From an uncultured Candidatus Saccharibacteria bacterium (GTDB lineage: Bacteria > Patescibacteriota > Minisyncoccia > Phycocordibacterales > PALSA-1337), in assembly GCA_964358005.1 (NCBI GenBank), contig CAYHNH010000001.1:144775-205391 (forward strand): DNA of 60,617 nucleotides, read 5' to 3'. The notes beneath the pieces were generated by a model. The model did no database searches. It was given only the letters and a program-made list of their open reading frames with translations, and was not told the DNA's origin. Shown in pieces: positions 44,956-54,814 of this stretch. The translations under genes and the position numbers were made by a program. Position 1 is the first letter of the stretch. Each line of letters opens with the position of its first letter.

Positions 44956-45306
44956 ATGAAGATCATACAGAAAAAAGCAGTCATATTCAGCCGCCGTAAG
45001 GCCCGCATCCGTGCCAAGATCACCGGCACTGCCGAGCGTCCTCGCTTGGCTGTATTCAAGTCCCACAGATATCTATATGCCCAGATCATAGACGACGTGA
45101 AAGGCAACACTCTGGTGTCTACGGATTCGCGCAAGGTGGGCGGTGAGACTCCTGTGGAGCGCGCCAAAGCCGTGGGAGTCGAGATTGCCAAGAAGGCAAA
45201 AGCGGCTAAGATAGCCAAGGTAGTCTTCGATCGCAGCGGCTACCTATATACAGGCAAGATCAAGGTCGTAGCCGATGCCGCCAGGGAAGGAGGATTGGAA
45301 TTTTAA
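44956..45306 (+). CDS. rplR: 50S ribosomal protein L18
   Basis: GTAERPRL.VFKS, VVFDR.GY.Y.G. Confidence 0.98.
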   Translation: MKIIQKKAVIFSRRKARIRAKITGTAERPRLAVFKSHRYLYAQIIDDVKGNTLVSTDSRKVGGETPVERAKAVGVEIAKKAKAAKIAKVVFDRSGYLYTGKIKVVADAAREGGLEF

Positions 45307-45313
45307 TAAATAT

Positions 45314-46078
45314 ATGCCAGCAAAAGAAATAAAACAGAATGAGGCAGCAGGCGATTTGAAAGTGCCTCCAACAGGCGTTCCTGTCGAGGCTGTAATAGCG
45401 GAAGAAGCTGCAACCCCTGAGAAGCCTGTGGTAGCGGCCGCTGTAGGCCTATCTGCTGGTCAGACAGGGAAAGTCACTCCTGGCAAGCGCATGCGCGATT
45501 CAGCTCGACTGGGCGGACGCGGAGGCCATCAGGGGGCCGGCGGCGGTCAGAGGGGCGGTCAGCGCGGCCCTGGGGGTCGTGGAGGCGGCCGCGGAGGCGA
45601 AGGACGCGAGCGCGTCAAGCCGGAATTCGATTCCAAGATCATAGACATACGCCGCGTCACCCGTGTCACTGCAGGAGGCCGTCGCATGAATTTCAGCGTG
45701 GCTGTGGTAGCTGGCGACAGGAAGGGGCGCGTAGGTGTAGGCCTCGGTAAGGGCTTGGACACCGCGTCCGCAGTCGAGAAAGCGACGCGCGAGGCTAAGA
45801 AGCATCTCATCCGTGTCCCGCTCTCGGCGGCCATGACCATCCCTCACGCCATCGAAGCCAAGCTTGGCAGCGCCAGGATCAAGATATTCCCGGCTCGCGG
45901 CAGCGGTATCGTCGCGGGCAGCTCCGCACGCGCGGTCATAGAGCTGGCCGGTATCAAGGACGTATGCGCGAAGATATTGTCAGGCAGCAAGAACAGACTG
46001 AATAACGCCCGCGTAGCCATAAAGGCGCTCGATTCGTTGGTAAAGATCCCGAGGACGCCTAGGGCATCACACAAATAA
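45314..46078 (+). CDS. rpsE: 30S ribosomal protein S5 (long N-extension)
   Basis: RRVTRVTAGGRR, GRVGVGLGK, RAVIELAGI. Confidence 0.97.
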   Translation: MPAKEIKQNEAAGDLKVPPTGVPVEAVIAEEAATPEKPVVAAAVGLSAGQTGKVTPGKRMRDSARLGGRGGHQGAGGGQRGGQRGPGGRGGGRGGEGRERVKPEFDSKIIDIRRVTRVTAGGRRMNFSVAVVAGDRKGRVGVGLGKGLDTASAVEKATREAKKHLIRVPLSAAMTIPHAIEAKLGSARIKIFPARGSGIVAGSSARAVIELAGIKDVCAKILSGSKNRLNNARVAIKALDSLVKIPRTPRASHK

Positions 46079-46079
46079 C

Positions 46080-46700
46080 ATGCAGACCAATTCACTAACA
46101 AGGACTCACCCGAATATGAAGCGCATGCAGGTCGCCCGTGGCGGCAAGCGCGGCAAGACTTCCGGTCGCGGAGGCAAAGGCCAGACTGCTCGCGCGGGTA
46201 ACAAGCGCCGTCCTGAATGGCGCGATATAATAAAGAAGCTGCCGAAGCTGCGCGGCCGTGGCAAGAATTCGAACAAGACCGTCGTCACCAATCTGCAGAA
46301 GCCCTTCGTATTGAATCTCAAGGCACTCGAAGGTGCATTCAAGGCGGGAGATGTGGTCAACCCAGCATCGCTCATCGAGAAGGGTATCGTAGCTACGTGG
46401 TCGGGTCGCGTTCCTCGCATTAAGATCCTAGGGGATGGCGAGATAACCAAGGCCCTCAAGGTCTCTGGTGTAGCTCTCTCCGAGACAGCCAAAGCCGCCA
46501 TCGAGAAGGCAGGAGGAACAGTCACTATCTTCGTGCCTGTCGTGACGGCTACCAAGGTGGTCAAGGTTTCTGATCCTTCTCTCGCAAAAAAGCCAGTCAA
46601 AGCCCCCGAAGCAAAAGCAGAGCCAGTGAAAGCGGCAAAGCCTGCAAAAGCCGCAAAGCCGGCAAAGACCACAAAGCCAGTAGAGCCTGCTAAGAAATAA
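46080..46700 (+). CDS. rplO: 50S ribosomal protein L15 (AKP-rich C-extension)
   Basis: GKTSGRGGKGQTAR, IKILGDG, IEKAGG. Confidence 0.96.
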   Translation: MQTNSLTRTHPNMKRMQVARGGKRGKTSGRGGKGQTARAGNKRRPEWRDIIKKLPKLRGRGKNSNKTVVTNLQKPFVLNLKALEGAFKAGDVVNPASLIEKGIVATWSGRVPRIKILGDGEITKALKVSGVALSETAKAAIEKAGGTVTIFVPVVTATKVVKVSDPSLAKKPVKAPEAKAEPVKAAKPAKAAKPAKTTKPVEPAKK

Positions 46701-46705
46701 TCTGA

Positions 46706-47998
46706 ATGCAAAATTTTTCCGCAAAAATCGCAGTCGTCTTTAAAGATCCGGTCCTGCGCCGCCGCATCGGCTTTACAATAGGCATCCTGGTCTTGTTCAG
46801 ACTGCTCGCGGCCATACCTATGCCAGGCGTCAATCCGGAGACTCTGGCGGCGCTATTGAATTCTAGCCAGTTCTTCGGTTTCCTGAACATATTCTCCGGT
46901 GGCGGCCTGTCCAATCTTTCCATAGTCATGCTCGGAGTCGGACCGTTCATCACGGCTTCGATCATAATGCAGGTCCTCACTATCGTCATACCGAAGCTGA
47001 AGGCTCTCATGCATGAGGAGGGCGAGGCTGGCCGCGCCAAGCTGTCGCAGTATTCTAGGGTCATGTCTGTCCCGCTGGCGGTCATACAGGCTATAGGTTT
47101 TATCATACTTTTCCAGTCGCAGAATGTCCTGCCGGCTCTCGATCCGTTTGCCTTCACGCTGAACGTTATCGTGGTTTCTGGTGGATCGCTCCTCCTCATG
47201 TGGTTGGGCGAGCTCGTTTCCGAGTTTGGCATAGGCAACGGCGTATCGCTAATCATATTCGCCGGCATAGTCTCGAGCCTGCCTATGAGCGTCATCCAGA
47301 ACTACCAGAAGCTCGTCGCTTCGGGCATGGAGAATCTGCCTTTCTATATACTTGTCCTCGCGGTAGCAGTGCTCGCTACGGCTGCGGTCGTCTATGTCAC
47401 CGAGGCTGAGCGCTCTGTTCCTGTGACTTATGCCAAGCAAGTCCGTGGCAACAAAGTCTATGGCGGCGCATCGTCCTACCTCCCGTTGCGCCTCAACCAG
47501 TCAGGCGTCATTCCGATTATCTTCGCTTTGTCCATACTGCTTTTCCCTCAGATAATATTTAGCGCTTTGGCAAAATGGACCGCTCAGCCGGCCCTGGCAG
47601 CATTCTCGGGGACTATTTCCAGCTGGCTCACGCCGCCATCTTGGACATACGGCATCCTCTATTTCGTCATGGTGGTGCTCTTCACTTATTTCTATACCGC
47701 GGTCACGTTCGATCCTAAGATGATATCGGAGAATCTCCAGCGCTCTGGCGCTTTCATCCCTGGAGTCAGGCCAGGCGAGCACACGCAGTCGCATCTCGGC
47801 TCTATCGTCACGAGGATCACCTTGGTAGGCGCGCTCTTCCTGGGTATCATCGCTATTCTGCCTCTCATCATCCAGGTATTCTCGCCTGATGCCACAGACT
47901 CCTTCGCCGTCGGAGGCACAGCTCTCCTCATCGTCGTCTCTGTAGTTTTGGATCTCTTGAAGAAGATAGAAGGTCAGGTAGCGATGCGGGAGTACTAA
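46706..47998 (+). CDS. secY: Preprotein translocase SecY
   Basis: LGVGPFITASIIMQ, GIGNG.SLIIF, GAFIPGVRPG, GGTALLIVV. Confidence 0.98.
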   Translation: MQNFSAKIAVVFKDPVLRRRIGFTIGILVLFRLLAAIPMPGVNPETLAALLNSSQFFGFLNIFSGGGLSNLSIVMLGVGPFITASIIMQVLTIVIPKLKALMHEEGEAGRAKLSQYSRVMSVPLAVIQAIGFIILFQSQNVLPALDPFAFTLNVIVVSGGSLLLMWLGELVSEFGIGNGVSLIIFAGIVSSLPMSVIQNYQKLVASGMENLPFYILVLAVAVLATAAVVYVTEAERSVPVTYAKQVRGNKVYGGASSYLPLRLNQSGVIPIIFALSILLFPQIIFSALAKWTAQPALAAFSGTISSWLTPPSWTYGILYFVMVVLFTYFYTAVTFDPKMISENLQRSGAFIPGVRPGEHTQSHLGSIVTRITLVGALFLGIIAILPLIIQVFSPDATDSFAVGGTALLIVVSVVLDLLKKIEGQVAMREY

Positions 47999-48047
47999 AA
48001 CTACCAGCGAGCTTCCATAAATCCTCACTTGCCGCTATAATCCTGAA

Positions 48048-48650
48048 ATGAAACCACAGGCATTTATGTTCATGGGACGGCCGGGCTCTGGAAAGGGTAC
48101 GCAATCACAACTTCTGATGGCAAGGCTCAATGAGCTCGATCCGTCGCGCGAGGTCCTGCACGTTGAGACTGGGGCTGAATTCAGAAAATTCTATGAGGGG
48201 CCTAGCTATACGGCTAAGCACAGTAAGGAGATAATAGATTCGGGCAAGCTTATGCCAGTTTTTATGACGGTCTACGCATGGGGCAACGCTCTGGTCGCAC
48301 GCTTCAAAGGGAACGAGCATGTCATCTTTGACGGAACGCCCAGGAAGCTCCTTGAGACACAGCTCATAGAAGGCGTCTTTCCTTTTTACGGTTTGAAACC
48401 GAATGTCATATACCTCGATGTCCATCATGACGAGTCGAAGAAGCGCCTAATATTGCGAGGCCAGACCCAAGGAAGGAGGGATGACAATGAGGCGGGCATA
48501 CGACAGCGCAATGTGGCTTATGAGACTGAGATTCAGCCGTCGATAGACTACCTGCGTAAGCATCCGGAGATGCATTTCCACGATATCGATGGCATTGGCT
48601 CTGTGGAGGAGGTGCATGCCCGCATCATGGAGAAGCTGCATTTGGACTAG
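48048..48650 (+). CDS. adk: Adenylate/nucleoside monophosphate kinase
   Basis: GRPGSGKGTQ, FDGTPR, GRRDD. Confidence 0.88.
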   Translation: MKPQAFMFMGRPGSGKGTQSQLLMARLNELDPSREVLHVETGAEFRKFYEGPSYTAKHSKEIIDSGKLMPVFMTVYAWGNALVARFKGNEHVIFDGTPRKLLETQLIEGVFPFYGLKPNVIYLDVHHDESKKRLILRGQTQGRRDDNEAGIRQRNVAYETEIQPSIDYLRKHPEMHFHDIDGIGSVEEVHARIMEKLHLD

Positions 48651-48653
48651 ATT

Positions 48654-49421
48654 ATGATCACTATCAAGATGAAGAAAGACATAGCGGTCCTCCGGGAAGG
48701 GGGACAGCGGCATGCCCTCATCCTGCGCGAGCTCGCGGCCATGGTCAGGCCGGGAGTGACAGCTGGAGAATTGAATACCCGGGCGGAAGATTTGATAAAA
48801 GAAGGAGGGGATGCGGCCGCTTTTTTGGGTTACAAGCCGGAGGGAGCGCCTCGCCCCTATCCTGCGGCGCTCTGCGTTTCCATAAATGAAGAGATAGTGC
48901 ATGGCATCCCCAATGAGAAAGAGAAGATCATAAAAGAGGGGGATATAGTGAGCCTTGACCTCGGTCTGATACACAATGGTTTGATAACAGATTCCGCAGT
49001 CACTGTGGCCGCAGGAACGGCGAGCAAAGAGGCACAGAAGCTTCTCAAGATGACGCAGGAGGCTCTGATGGCAGGCATAAGAGAGGCCAAGGGCGGCCGG
49101 CGCGTAGGCGATATTTCGAGTGCCATAGAGCGCGTCGGCGTTGCGGGCAGGTTCGGGATCGTGGAAGAATTGGCCGGCCACGGCGTCGGATATCACGTCC
49201 ATGAGGATCCGTATGTCCCGAATTACGGCGAAGCGGGTCGTGGCGACGTCCTGAAACCCGGCATGGTCATAGCCATCGAACCCATGTTCAATCTCGGCAC
49301 GCATAAGATAAAGCTGGATAAGGACGGATACACCTACCGCACTGCCGATGGAAAACCCTCGGCGCATTTTGAGCATACTATTTTGATCACGAAGGGAGAC
49401 CCAGAAATATTGACGTTGTAG
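48654..49421 (+). CDS. map: Methionine aminopeptidase type I
   Basis: SINEEIVHGIP, D.G..DSA, GHGVG..HEDP, AIEPM, AHFEHT. Confidence 0.98.
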   Translation: MITIKMKKDIAVLREGGQRHALILRELAAMVRPGVTAGELNTRAEDLIKEGGDAAAFLGYKPEGAPRPYPAALCVSINEEIVHGIPNEKEKIIKEGDIVSLDLGLIHNGLITDSAVTVAAGTASKEAQKLLKMTQEALMAGIREAKGGRRVGDISSAIERVGVAGRFGIVEELAGHGVGYHVHEDPYVPNYGEAGRGDVLKPGMVIAIEPMFNLGTHKIKLDKDGYTYRTADGKPSAHFEHTILITKGDPEILTL

Positions 49422-49513
49422 TTATTTTTAGCACCACGAAAGCTCCTCCGTTCGTATTACTAGTGGGAGAACAAGATAGCACATTCCAAAAGTTCTCCAA
49501 CCCAATTTCCATA

Positions 49514-49544
49514 AGCCCACACATTTCGTGCGGGCTTTCTTTTT
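49514..49544 (+). terminator. Terminator ending the spc operon after map
   Basis: agcccacac-atttc-gtgcgggct plus T tract. Confidence 0.7.
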
Positions 49545-49595
49545 CGTGCGACAGCGCTTTTGCTCTGCGCGGCAAAATCCTGTATGATTCCACGC

Positions 49596-50219
49596 ATGAA
49601 AACTCCTCAAAAAGCCCCTCATTATAAGCATGAGCGCACTATGGTCATCATCAAGCCTGACGGCATACAGCGCAGTCTCATGGGCGAGATCATCGGACGC
49701 TATGAGCGCATCGGTCTCAAACTGGTGGCCGCCAAGATGTTCGTGCCTACAGAGGAAATGATCGAGAAGCATTATACCCTCGACCCCGAATGGCGCGTGA
49801 AGACTGGCTTGAAGACCATAAAGGGTTACCAGGACAAAGGTCTGACGCCGCCTTCCATGGACCCGCGGGAGATAACTGGCGTCATCCTGAGGAATCTCGT
49901 GAGATATCTCTCGGCAGGTCCGGTCATAGCCATGGTCTGGCAGGGAGCTCATGCGGTACAGATAGTCAGGAAGCTCACTGGCTCTACCGAACCTCTGACT
50001 TCACCAGCAGGAACTATCAGGGGCGATTATATGCTCGACTCGTATCAAATGACGGATTCGGACGGCCGTGCGGTCAGGAATCTCGTCCACGCGTCAGGCT
50101 CGGTCAAAGAGGCAGAAGACGAGATAGCTCACTGGTTCAAGAAGGATGAGATAATGAATTACAATATCGTTCAGGACAAGATAATGTACGACGTGAATAT
50201 GGACGGTATTCTCGAGTGA
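49596..50219 (+). CDS. ndk: Nucleoside diphosphate kinase
   Basis: ERTMVIIKPDG, GTIRGDY, NLVHAS. Confidence 0.95.
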   Translation: MKTPQKAPHYKHERTMVIIKPDGIQRSLMGEIIGRYERIGLKLVAAKMFVPTEEMIEKHYTLDPEWRVKTGLKTIKGYQDKGLTPPSMDPREITGVILRNLVRYLSAGPVIAMVWQGAHAVQIVRKLTGSTEPLTSPAGTIRGDYMLDSYQMTDSDGRAVRNLVHASGSVKEAEDEIAHWFKKDEIMNYNIVQDKIMYDVNMDGILE

Positions 50220-50303
50220 TTTGCAGACCACTTTTGCCACAAGGTCAAATGAGTGTCCGAACTGTCTTTTGCGCTTGCGCTCTCCTATGGGAGGTCTAAA
50301 ATA

Positions 50304-50445
50304 GATACAGGTTGCAGGAGTATTATTCTACAAAATCAATTTTTAAGGGAGATCAATGATTTAAATATCTAATTCGCGGGCACCTTGGTGTTCCGCGTGA
50401 GATCGCCCACCTGCTAAAGCGGGTAAAATACTCTCGCAACCTATC
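50304..50445 (+). ncRNA. ssrS: Probable 6S RNA
   Basis: Own promoter TTGCGC-N16-TAAAAT; closing stem aggttgcaggagtatt/aatactctcgcaacct; A/U-rich central bubble; 3' bubble hairpin acctgc-taaa-gcgggt; apical stem; terminator after. Confidence 0.6.
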
Positions 50446-50472
50446 AAGAACACCGCCTCGGGCGGCGTTTTT
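50446..50472 (+). terminator. Terminator of the ncRNA
   Basis: aacaccgcc-tcg-ggcggcgttttt. Confidence 0.7.
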
Positions 50473-50513
50473 GAATCAGATGGATCTATCCACTGAGTGC
50501 TATAATAATTTCA

Positions 50514-51878
50514 ATGTCGAACCCAAAAGTCATGTTTGCAGGCGCGGTGGGAGCGGTGACGGGCTCTAATTTTTTATTGCAGTCCCCTGAGGGTGTGAGT
50601 ATTCTCATAGACTGCGGCCTGGTCCAGGGGGAGAGAGTTGCTACTGCGGCCAATCGTGATCCATTTTCATACGAACCGGGCTCGATAAAGGCTCTTCTCA
50701 TAACCCATGCCCATCTTGATCACGTAGGTCGCATCCCGAAGCTCGTTAAGGAAGGCTTCACTGGCCATATCTACTCGACGCCGCAGACTAAGGATCTTGC
50801 GGAGTTGGTGCTTGTGGACGCAGTGGGCATCTTGGCTGAAGAGGCACGTCGTGATGGAGCAGACCCGCTCTATGTCATGGATGATGTGCTAAAGGTCTTT
50901 CCACAATGGAAGACTGTTGAATACCATGAGAGCTTAAGCTTGGTTCCAGGTACCTCCGCTATCTTTCTGGACGCTGGCCATATCCTGGGTTCGGCCATGA
51001 TCGAAGTGACGTGTGGGGGCAAAAAGATCTTGTTTAGCGGCGACCTAGGTAATTCGCCGGCACCCCTTCTCTGTGATACTGAGCCTTTGGGGGATGTAGA
51101 CTATCTGGCTATTGAGAGCACATATGGAGACAGGAATCACGAACCAAAAGAAGATCGTTTGATCAAATTCGTGCAGATCATAAAGTCTACTTTAGGGCAG
51201 GGAGGCACGCTGGTGATTCCGGCTTTTTCCATAGACCGGACTCAGCTCATCATATACGAGCTCAATAATCTCATGGAATCGGGCCGCATCAAGCGCGTGC
51301 CGGTGTTCGTCGATTCGCCAATGGCGATAAAGGCAACCCAGATATACAAATCCAATCCGGATCTTTTTAATACTCGCATCCGCGAGCAGATTCAGAGAGG
51401 GGATGATATCTTTAGCTTCCCAGGCTTGGAATACGCTGTCTCTCAGGCTGATTCACGGAATATAGAGAGGCTCCATAGCGCGAAGATCATCCTCGCTGGG
51501 TCGGGGATGTCCATGGGCGGCCGCGTCATCCGCCATGAAGAGAACTTTCTACCGGATCCAAAAAGCACAATTTTGCTCATCGGATATCAAGCAGTGGGGT
51601 CATTGGGGCGCGAGCTTGCCGAAGGAGCAAGGAAGATACGTATTCATGGCAGAGAAATCAAAGTCAAAGCTCGCATAGAGACGCTATACAGCTATTCGGC
51701 TCACAAAGACAGCGATCATCTTGTCGAGTTCGTCTCGACAGGGACGAGTCTTTTAAAAAAAGTTTTTGTAACGCATGGGGAACCTGGGTCTTCGATGCAC
51801 CTAGCGCAGAGGCTCAATGACGAGCTCGATGCACACGCCATCGTCCCGGAGAAGAATAAATTTTACGATCTGATATAA
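50514..51878 (+). CDS. MBL/beta-CASP RNA-processing hydrolase
   Basis: DCGL.QG, THAHLDH.GR.P, AGHILGS, ESTYGDR.H, SAH.D, HGE. Confidence 0.93.
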   Translation: MSNPKVMFAGAVGAVTGSNFLLQSPEGVSILIDCGLVQGERVATAANRDPFSYEPGSIKALLITHAHLDHVGRIPKLVKEGFTGHIYSTPQTKDLAELVLVDAVGILAEEARRDGADPLYVMDDVLKVFPQWKTVEYHESLSLVPGTSAIFLDAGHILGSAMIEVTCGGKKILFSGDLGNSPAPLLCDTEPLGDVDYLAIESTYGDRNHEPKEDRLIKFVQIIKSTLGQGGTLVIPAFSIDRTQLIIYELNNLMESGRIKRVPVFVDSPMAIKATQIYKSNPDLFNTRIREQIQRGDDIFSFPGLEYAVSQADSRNIERLHSAKIILAGSGMSMGGRVIRHEENFLPDPKSTILLIGYQAVGSLGRELAEGARKIRIHGREIKVKARIETLYSYSAHKDSDHLVEFVSTGTSLLKKVFVTHGEPGSSMHLAQRLNDELDAHAIVPEKNKFYDLI

Positions 51879-52017
51879 AAACCACCTGGGCACAAGGATC
51901 CGTGGATCTCAGTGCACCCAGGCGTTCGCCGGGAAAAACGTAAAAATAAAAGGGAACTGTGTCCCTTGTATTTTACACTCTATGAAACCATGAGCGCGAA
52001 CGCGTTCTGTGTATAAC

Positions 52018-52368
52018 CTATTTGACCAGAGCCACTACCTTCTTGAAAGCTTCAGGCTTGAATTCTGCGAGGTGAGCGAGAGACTTGCGATCTAGAGCGA
52101 GACCTTTCTTCTTGGCGGCGCCGATGAACTTACTGTATGTGAACTTCTCGTCGATAGAGCGGAGTGCGGCGTTGATCTTCACGTTCCAGAGGCGGCGAAA
52201 ATCGCCTTTCTTGTCGCGGCGGTGTGCGAAGGCATAGGCTCCGGCATGGGCGAGAGCCTCGTTGGCGGCAGCTTCATTGGTAGAACGGCGGTGCCTGAAA
52301 CCCTTCGTCTGGCGGAGGACATTTCGGCGGTTCTTCAGGGCATTTACTCCTTTTTTGACGCGTGTCAT
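52018..52368 (-). CDS. rplT: 50S ribosomal protein L20
   Basis: MTRVK.G, FRRLW..KINAA, LDRK.LA.LA. Confidence 0.97.
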   Translation of the reverse strand: MTRVKKGVNALKNRRNVLRQTKGFRHRRSTNEAAANEALAHAGAYAFAHRRDKKGDFRRLWNVKINAALRSIDEKFTYSKFIGAAKKKGLALDRKSLAHLAEFKPEAFKKVVALVK

Positions 52369-52394
52369 GTGATTATCTTATGTTCTCTAGTGGC

Positions 52395-52583
52395 TTATAA
52401 GTTTATGAGGAAGCGGCTCTTGGCGTCATTGTTCATGTGCACAGAATTCATGCGGCGCTTCGACATGCTGGTGCGGGTGCGCTCTTTGGCATTGAAATGG
52501 TTCTGACCGGCCTTGCGAGCCAAAATCTTCCCGTTGCGGGTGACTTTGAGGCGCTTGGCGAATGATTTTACTGTTTTTCTCAT
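52395..52583 (-). CDS. rpmI: 50S ribosomal protein L35
   Basis: KT.KS.AKR.KVT..GK; between infC and rplT. Confidence 0.93.
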   Translation of the reverse strand: MRKTVKSFAKRLKVTRNGKILARKAGQNHFNAKERTRTSMSKRRMNSVHMNNDAKSRFLINL

Positions 52584-52600
52584 ATAATAAATGTTATCTT

Positions 52601-53110
52601 CTATTTTTTCTCCACGATTATCGTCAATCCCTTGGGGCCCTTCACGGCCTCCTGGGCGATCTTGTACTCCACTGTTATCAATTTGAGTATCCTCTCAAGG
52701 CGCTCTTTCAGGAAATTGATGTCCATGTATTTCGAGCGGCCGACAAGGAAAAGGTCGATCTTGACGCGATTTCCTTCTCCCAGCCATTCCGAAACGCGCT
52801 TGGCTTTGAGATTGAGGTCATGTTCACCGGTCCCGATCTTGACCTGGACGGTCTTGAGCTCGGTCGTGACTGTCTTGGTCTTGGCGACCTTGACCTTCTT
52901 CTTTTCATCGTACAGATACTTCCCATAATCCATTATCTTTCCGACCGGAGGGGTGGCATTGGGGGAGATCTCGATGAGATCGAATCCCCGTGCTTTGGCC
53001 TCCTCCAGCGCCTTAGAAATAGGCAACACCCCCAGATTCTCGCCTTCGGCGGTAATGACCCGCAATTCAGGGGCCTTAATTTGGTGGTTTATTTTGACGC
53101 GGATAGCCAA
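52601..53110 (-). CDS. infC: Translation initiation factor IF-3
   Basis: IN.QI.A.E.RVI, DLIEISP.A.PPV.KIMDYGKY.Y; start codon uncertain. Confidence 0.96.
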   Translation of the reverse strand: MAIRVKINHQIKAPELRVITAEGENLGVLPISKALEEAKARGFDLIEISPNATPPVGKIMDYGKYLYDEKKKVKVAKTKTVTTELKTVQVKIGTGEHDLNLKAKRVSEWLGEGNRVKIDLFLVGRSKYMDINFLKERLERILKLITVEYKIAQEAVKGPKGLTIIVEKK

Positions 53111-53231
53111 CGATTTACGGACGATTATGGTTACAGGGGTTATTTATAGCACAGCCCTGGAAACTAAGCAAACAAGCCATTATTGACCAGATAATCGCCC
53201 TAATATACCAAATATATCGAATGGGTCTCTA

Positions 53232-54326
53232 TCACAAGAACTTTCTTACGAGTCTGATAGCGTATTCGGGCAACCTTTCTAGGAAAAAGCGCGAGCGCCA
53301 TTCGTCGTAGTTGACTTCTGTGCACTTATGCATGTCGTGGACGAAGTGCGATGCCAGCTCCTCATTGAAGCGCGAATTGGTGCTTATGATGTTCGCCTCG
53401 AAATTGTAGAGCAGGCTGACGTGATCCAGGTTGAGCGAGCCGACCGTAGCCCATTCGCCGTCGACGACCCCGCTCTTGCTGTGGATCAAGCTCTCTCCAT
53501 TCTTGTTTGGGTAGAGGAAGATGCGGGCTCCTGATTCGAGCAGGGTGGTGAAGAATGACCTGGCTCCGAGATCAAGAGCAGGGAACTGGCTCGTCTTGTC
53601 GGGGATTATTATCCTAACGTCCACGCCGCGGTGAGCAGCCAATTTGATTACCCGGGCTAGCCTGGCTGTCGGCACGAAATATGGCGTGGTCAGGTAGACG
53701 TAGTTCTTCGAGGCCCGGATAGCCTCTACCAGAGATTTGTAGAGATATCGCTTGCCGGGGGTGGGACTGTTCGTCACATACCGGAATTCGCGGTCGCGCG
53801 CGGATATCTTCGGAGGTATGTGCCGTTTGTCGTCAGCTCTGGCCCACATGCGGTCGAAGGCGTTCAGCATCTCTGCCGCTACAGGGCCTTCGAAGCGGGC
53901 ATTGGTATCGCGCCAGCCCTTCATGGAATCTTTTACGCATATACTGCCGGTATAGCCGATCTCCTCGTCGATGACGAGCGTGCGGCGATGGTTGCGAAGG
54001 TACCAGGAGCGTATGTTGGGCACCTTGAAATAACCGGGAATGAGGGTCTTCCAGAACAGCAGGCGGATGTTCTTCTTGCGCAGATCCTCGGCGATGTTGG
54101 ACCCGAAGAAGGTGAAGCTGCCAGCCGCGTCCCACAGGAAGCGGACGTTCACACCAGCTGCCGCGCGCTCGATGCAGATGTCTAGGAGCCTCTGACCGTA
54201 TTCATCCTTGGTAAATATGTACTGTTCGAGCGCGATAGAGCGCTTGGCCCGGGCGCAGTCTTCGAGCATGGCTTTCCAAGCTTCTTCATTTGAGGCGTAG
54301 AGTACCCATTTGGTCGAGGAGGCCAT
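53232..54326 (-). CDS. Cardiolipin synthase-like phospholipase D
   Basis: NHRRTLVID and IHSKSGVVD..VGSLNLD; TPYF; AAHRGVDVRII. Confidence 0.9.
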   Translation of the reverse strand: MASSTKWVLYASNEEAWKAMLEDCARAKRSIALEQYIFTKDEYGQRLLDICIERAAAGVNVRFLWDAAGSFTFFGSNIAEDLRKKNIRLLFWKTLIPGYFKVPNIRSWYLRNHRRTLVIDEEIGYTGSICVKDSMKGWRDTNARFEGPVAAEMLNAFDRMWARADDKRHIPPKISARDREFRYVTNSPTPGKRYLYKSLVEAIRASKNYVYLTTPYFVPTARLARVIKLAAHRGVDVRIIIPDKTSQFPALDLGARSFFTTLLESGARIFLYPNKNGESLIHSKSGVVDGEWATVGSLNLDHVSLLYNFEANIISTNSRFNEELASHFVHDMHKCTEVNYDEWRSRFFLERLPEYAIRLVRKFL

Positions 54327-54350
54327 ATATTATGTGCTACGATATCACCT

Positions 54351-54797
54351 ATGACGGCTTTAGTCGATTATAAAAAAGCCCGGTTTAACTATGAGATCCT
54401 GGAGACCTTCGAGGCGGGGATTGAGCTTTTTGGCATCGAGGTGAAGTCGCTCAAGAAGGGCCAGGGCTCGCTCGACGGGTCGCATGTGCTGGTGAGGGGC
54501 GGCGAGGCTTTTGCCGTGAATACATTCGTGCCTCCATATCAGGAGAAGAACACTCCGAAGGACTATGATCCACGACGAAATAGGAAGCTGCTCCTGACCC
54601 GTAAGGATATAGCCAGGCTAGCGTCACTAGGAGAGGGTAAGGGATTGACAGTGGTGCCAATTTCGATATATAATAAAGGCCCGTTCGTGAAGGTCTCTGT
54701 TGCGGTAGTGCGCGGCAAGAAGAGGTTCGACAAGCGCGCGACGACCATGAAGCGCGAGACTGATCGGGAGGCAAGGAGGGTTATGAAAGATCGTTAA
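54351..54797 (+). CDS. smpB: SsrA-binding protein
   Basis: KKARFNYEILETFEAGIEL.G.EVKS, R.RKLLL, GKK.FDKR. Confidence 0.98.
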   Translation: MTALVDYKKARFNYEILETFEAGIELFGIEVKSLKKGQGSLDGSHVLVRGGEAFAVNTFVPPYQEKNTPKDYDPRRNRKLLLTRKDIARLASLGEGKGLTVVPISIYNKGPFVKVSVAVVRGKKRFDKRATTMKRETDREARRVMKDR

Positions 54798-54814
54798 AAA
54801 TGTAGAAACCACAT

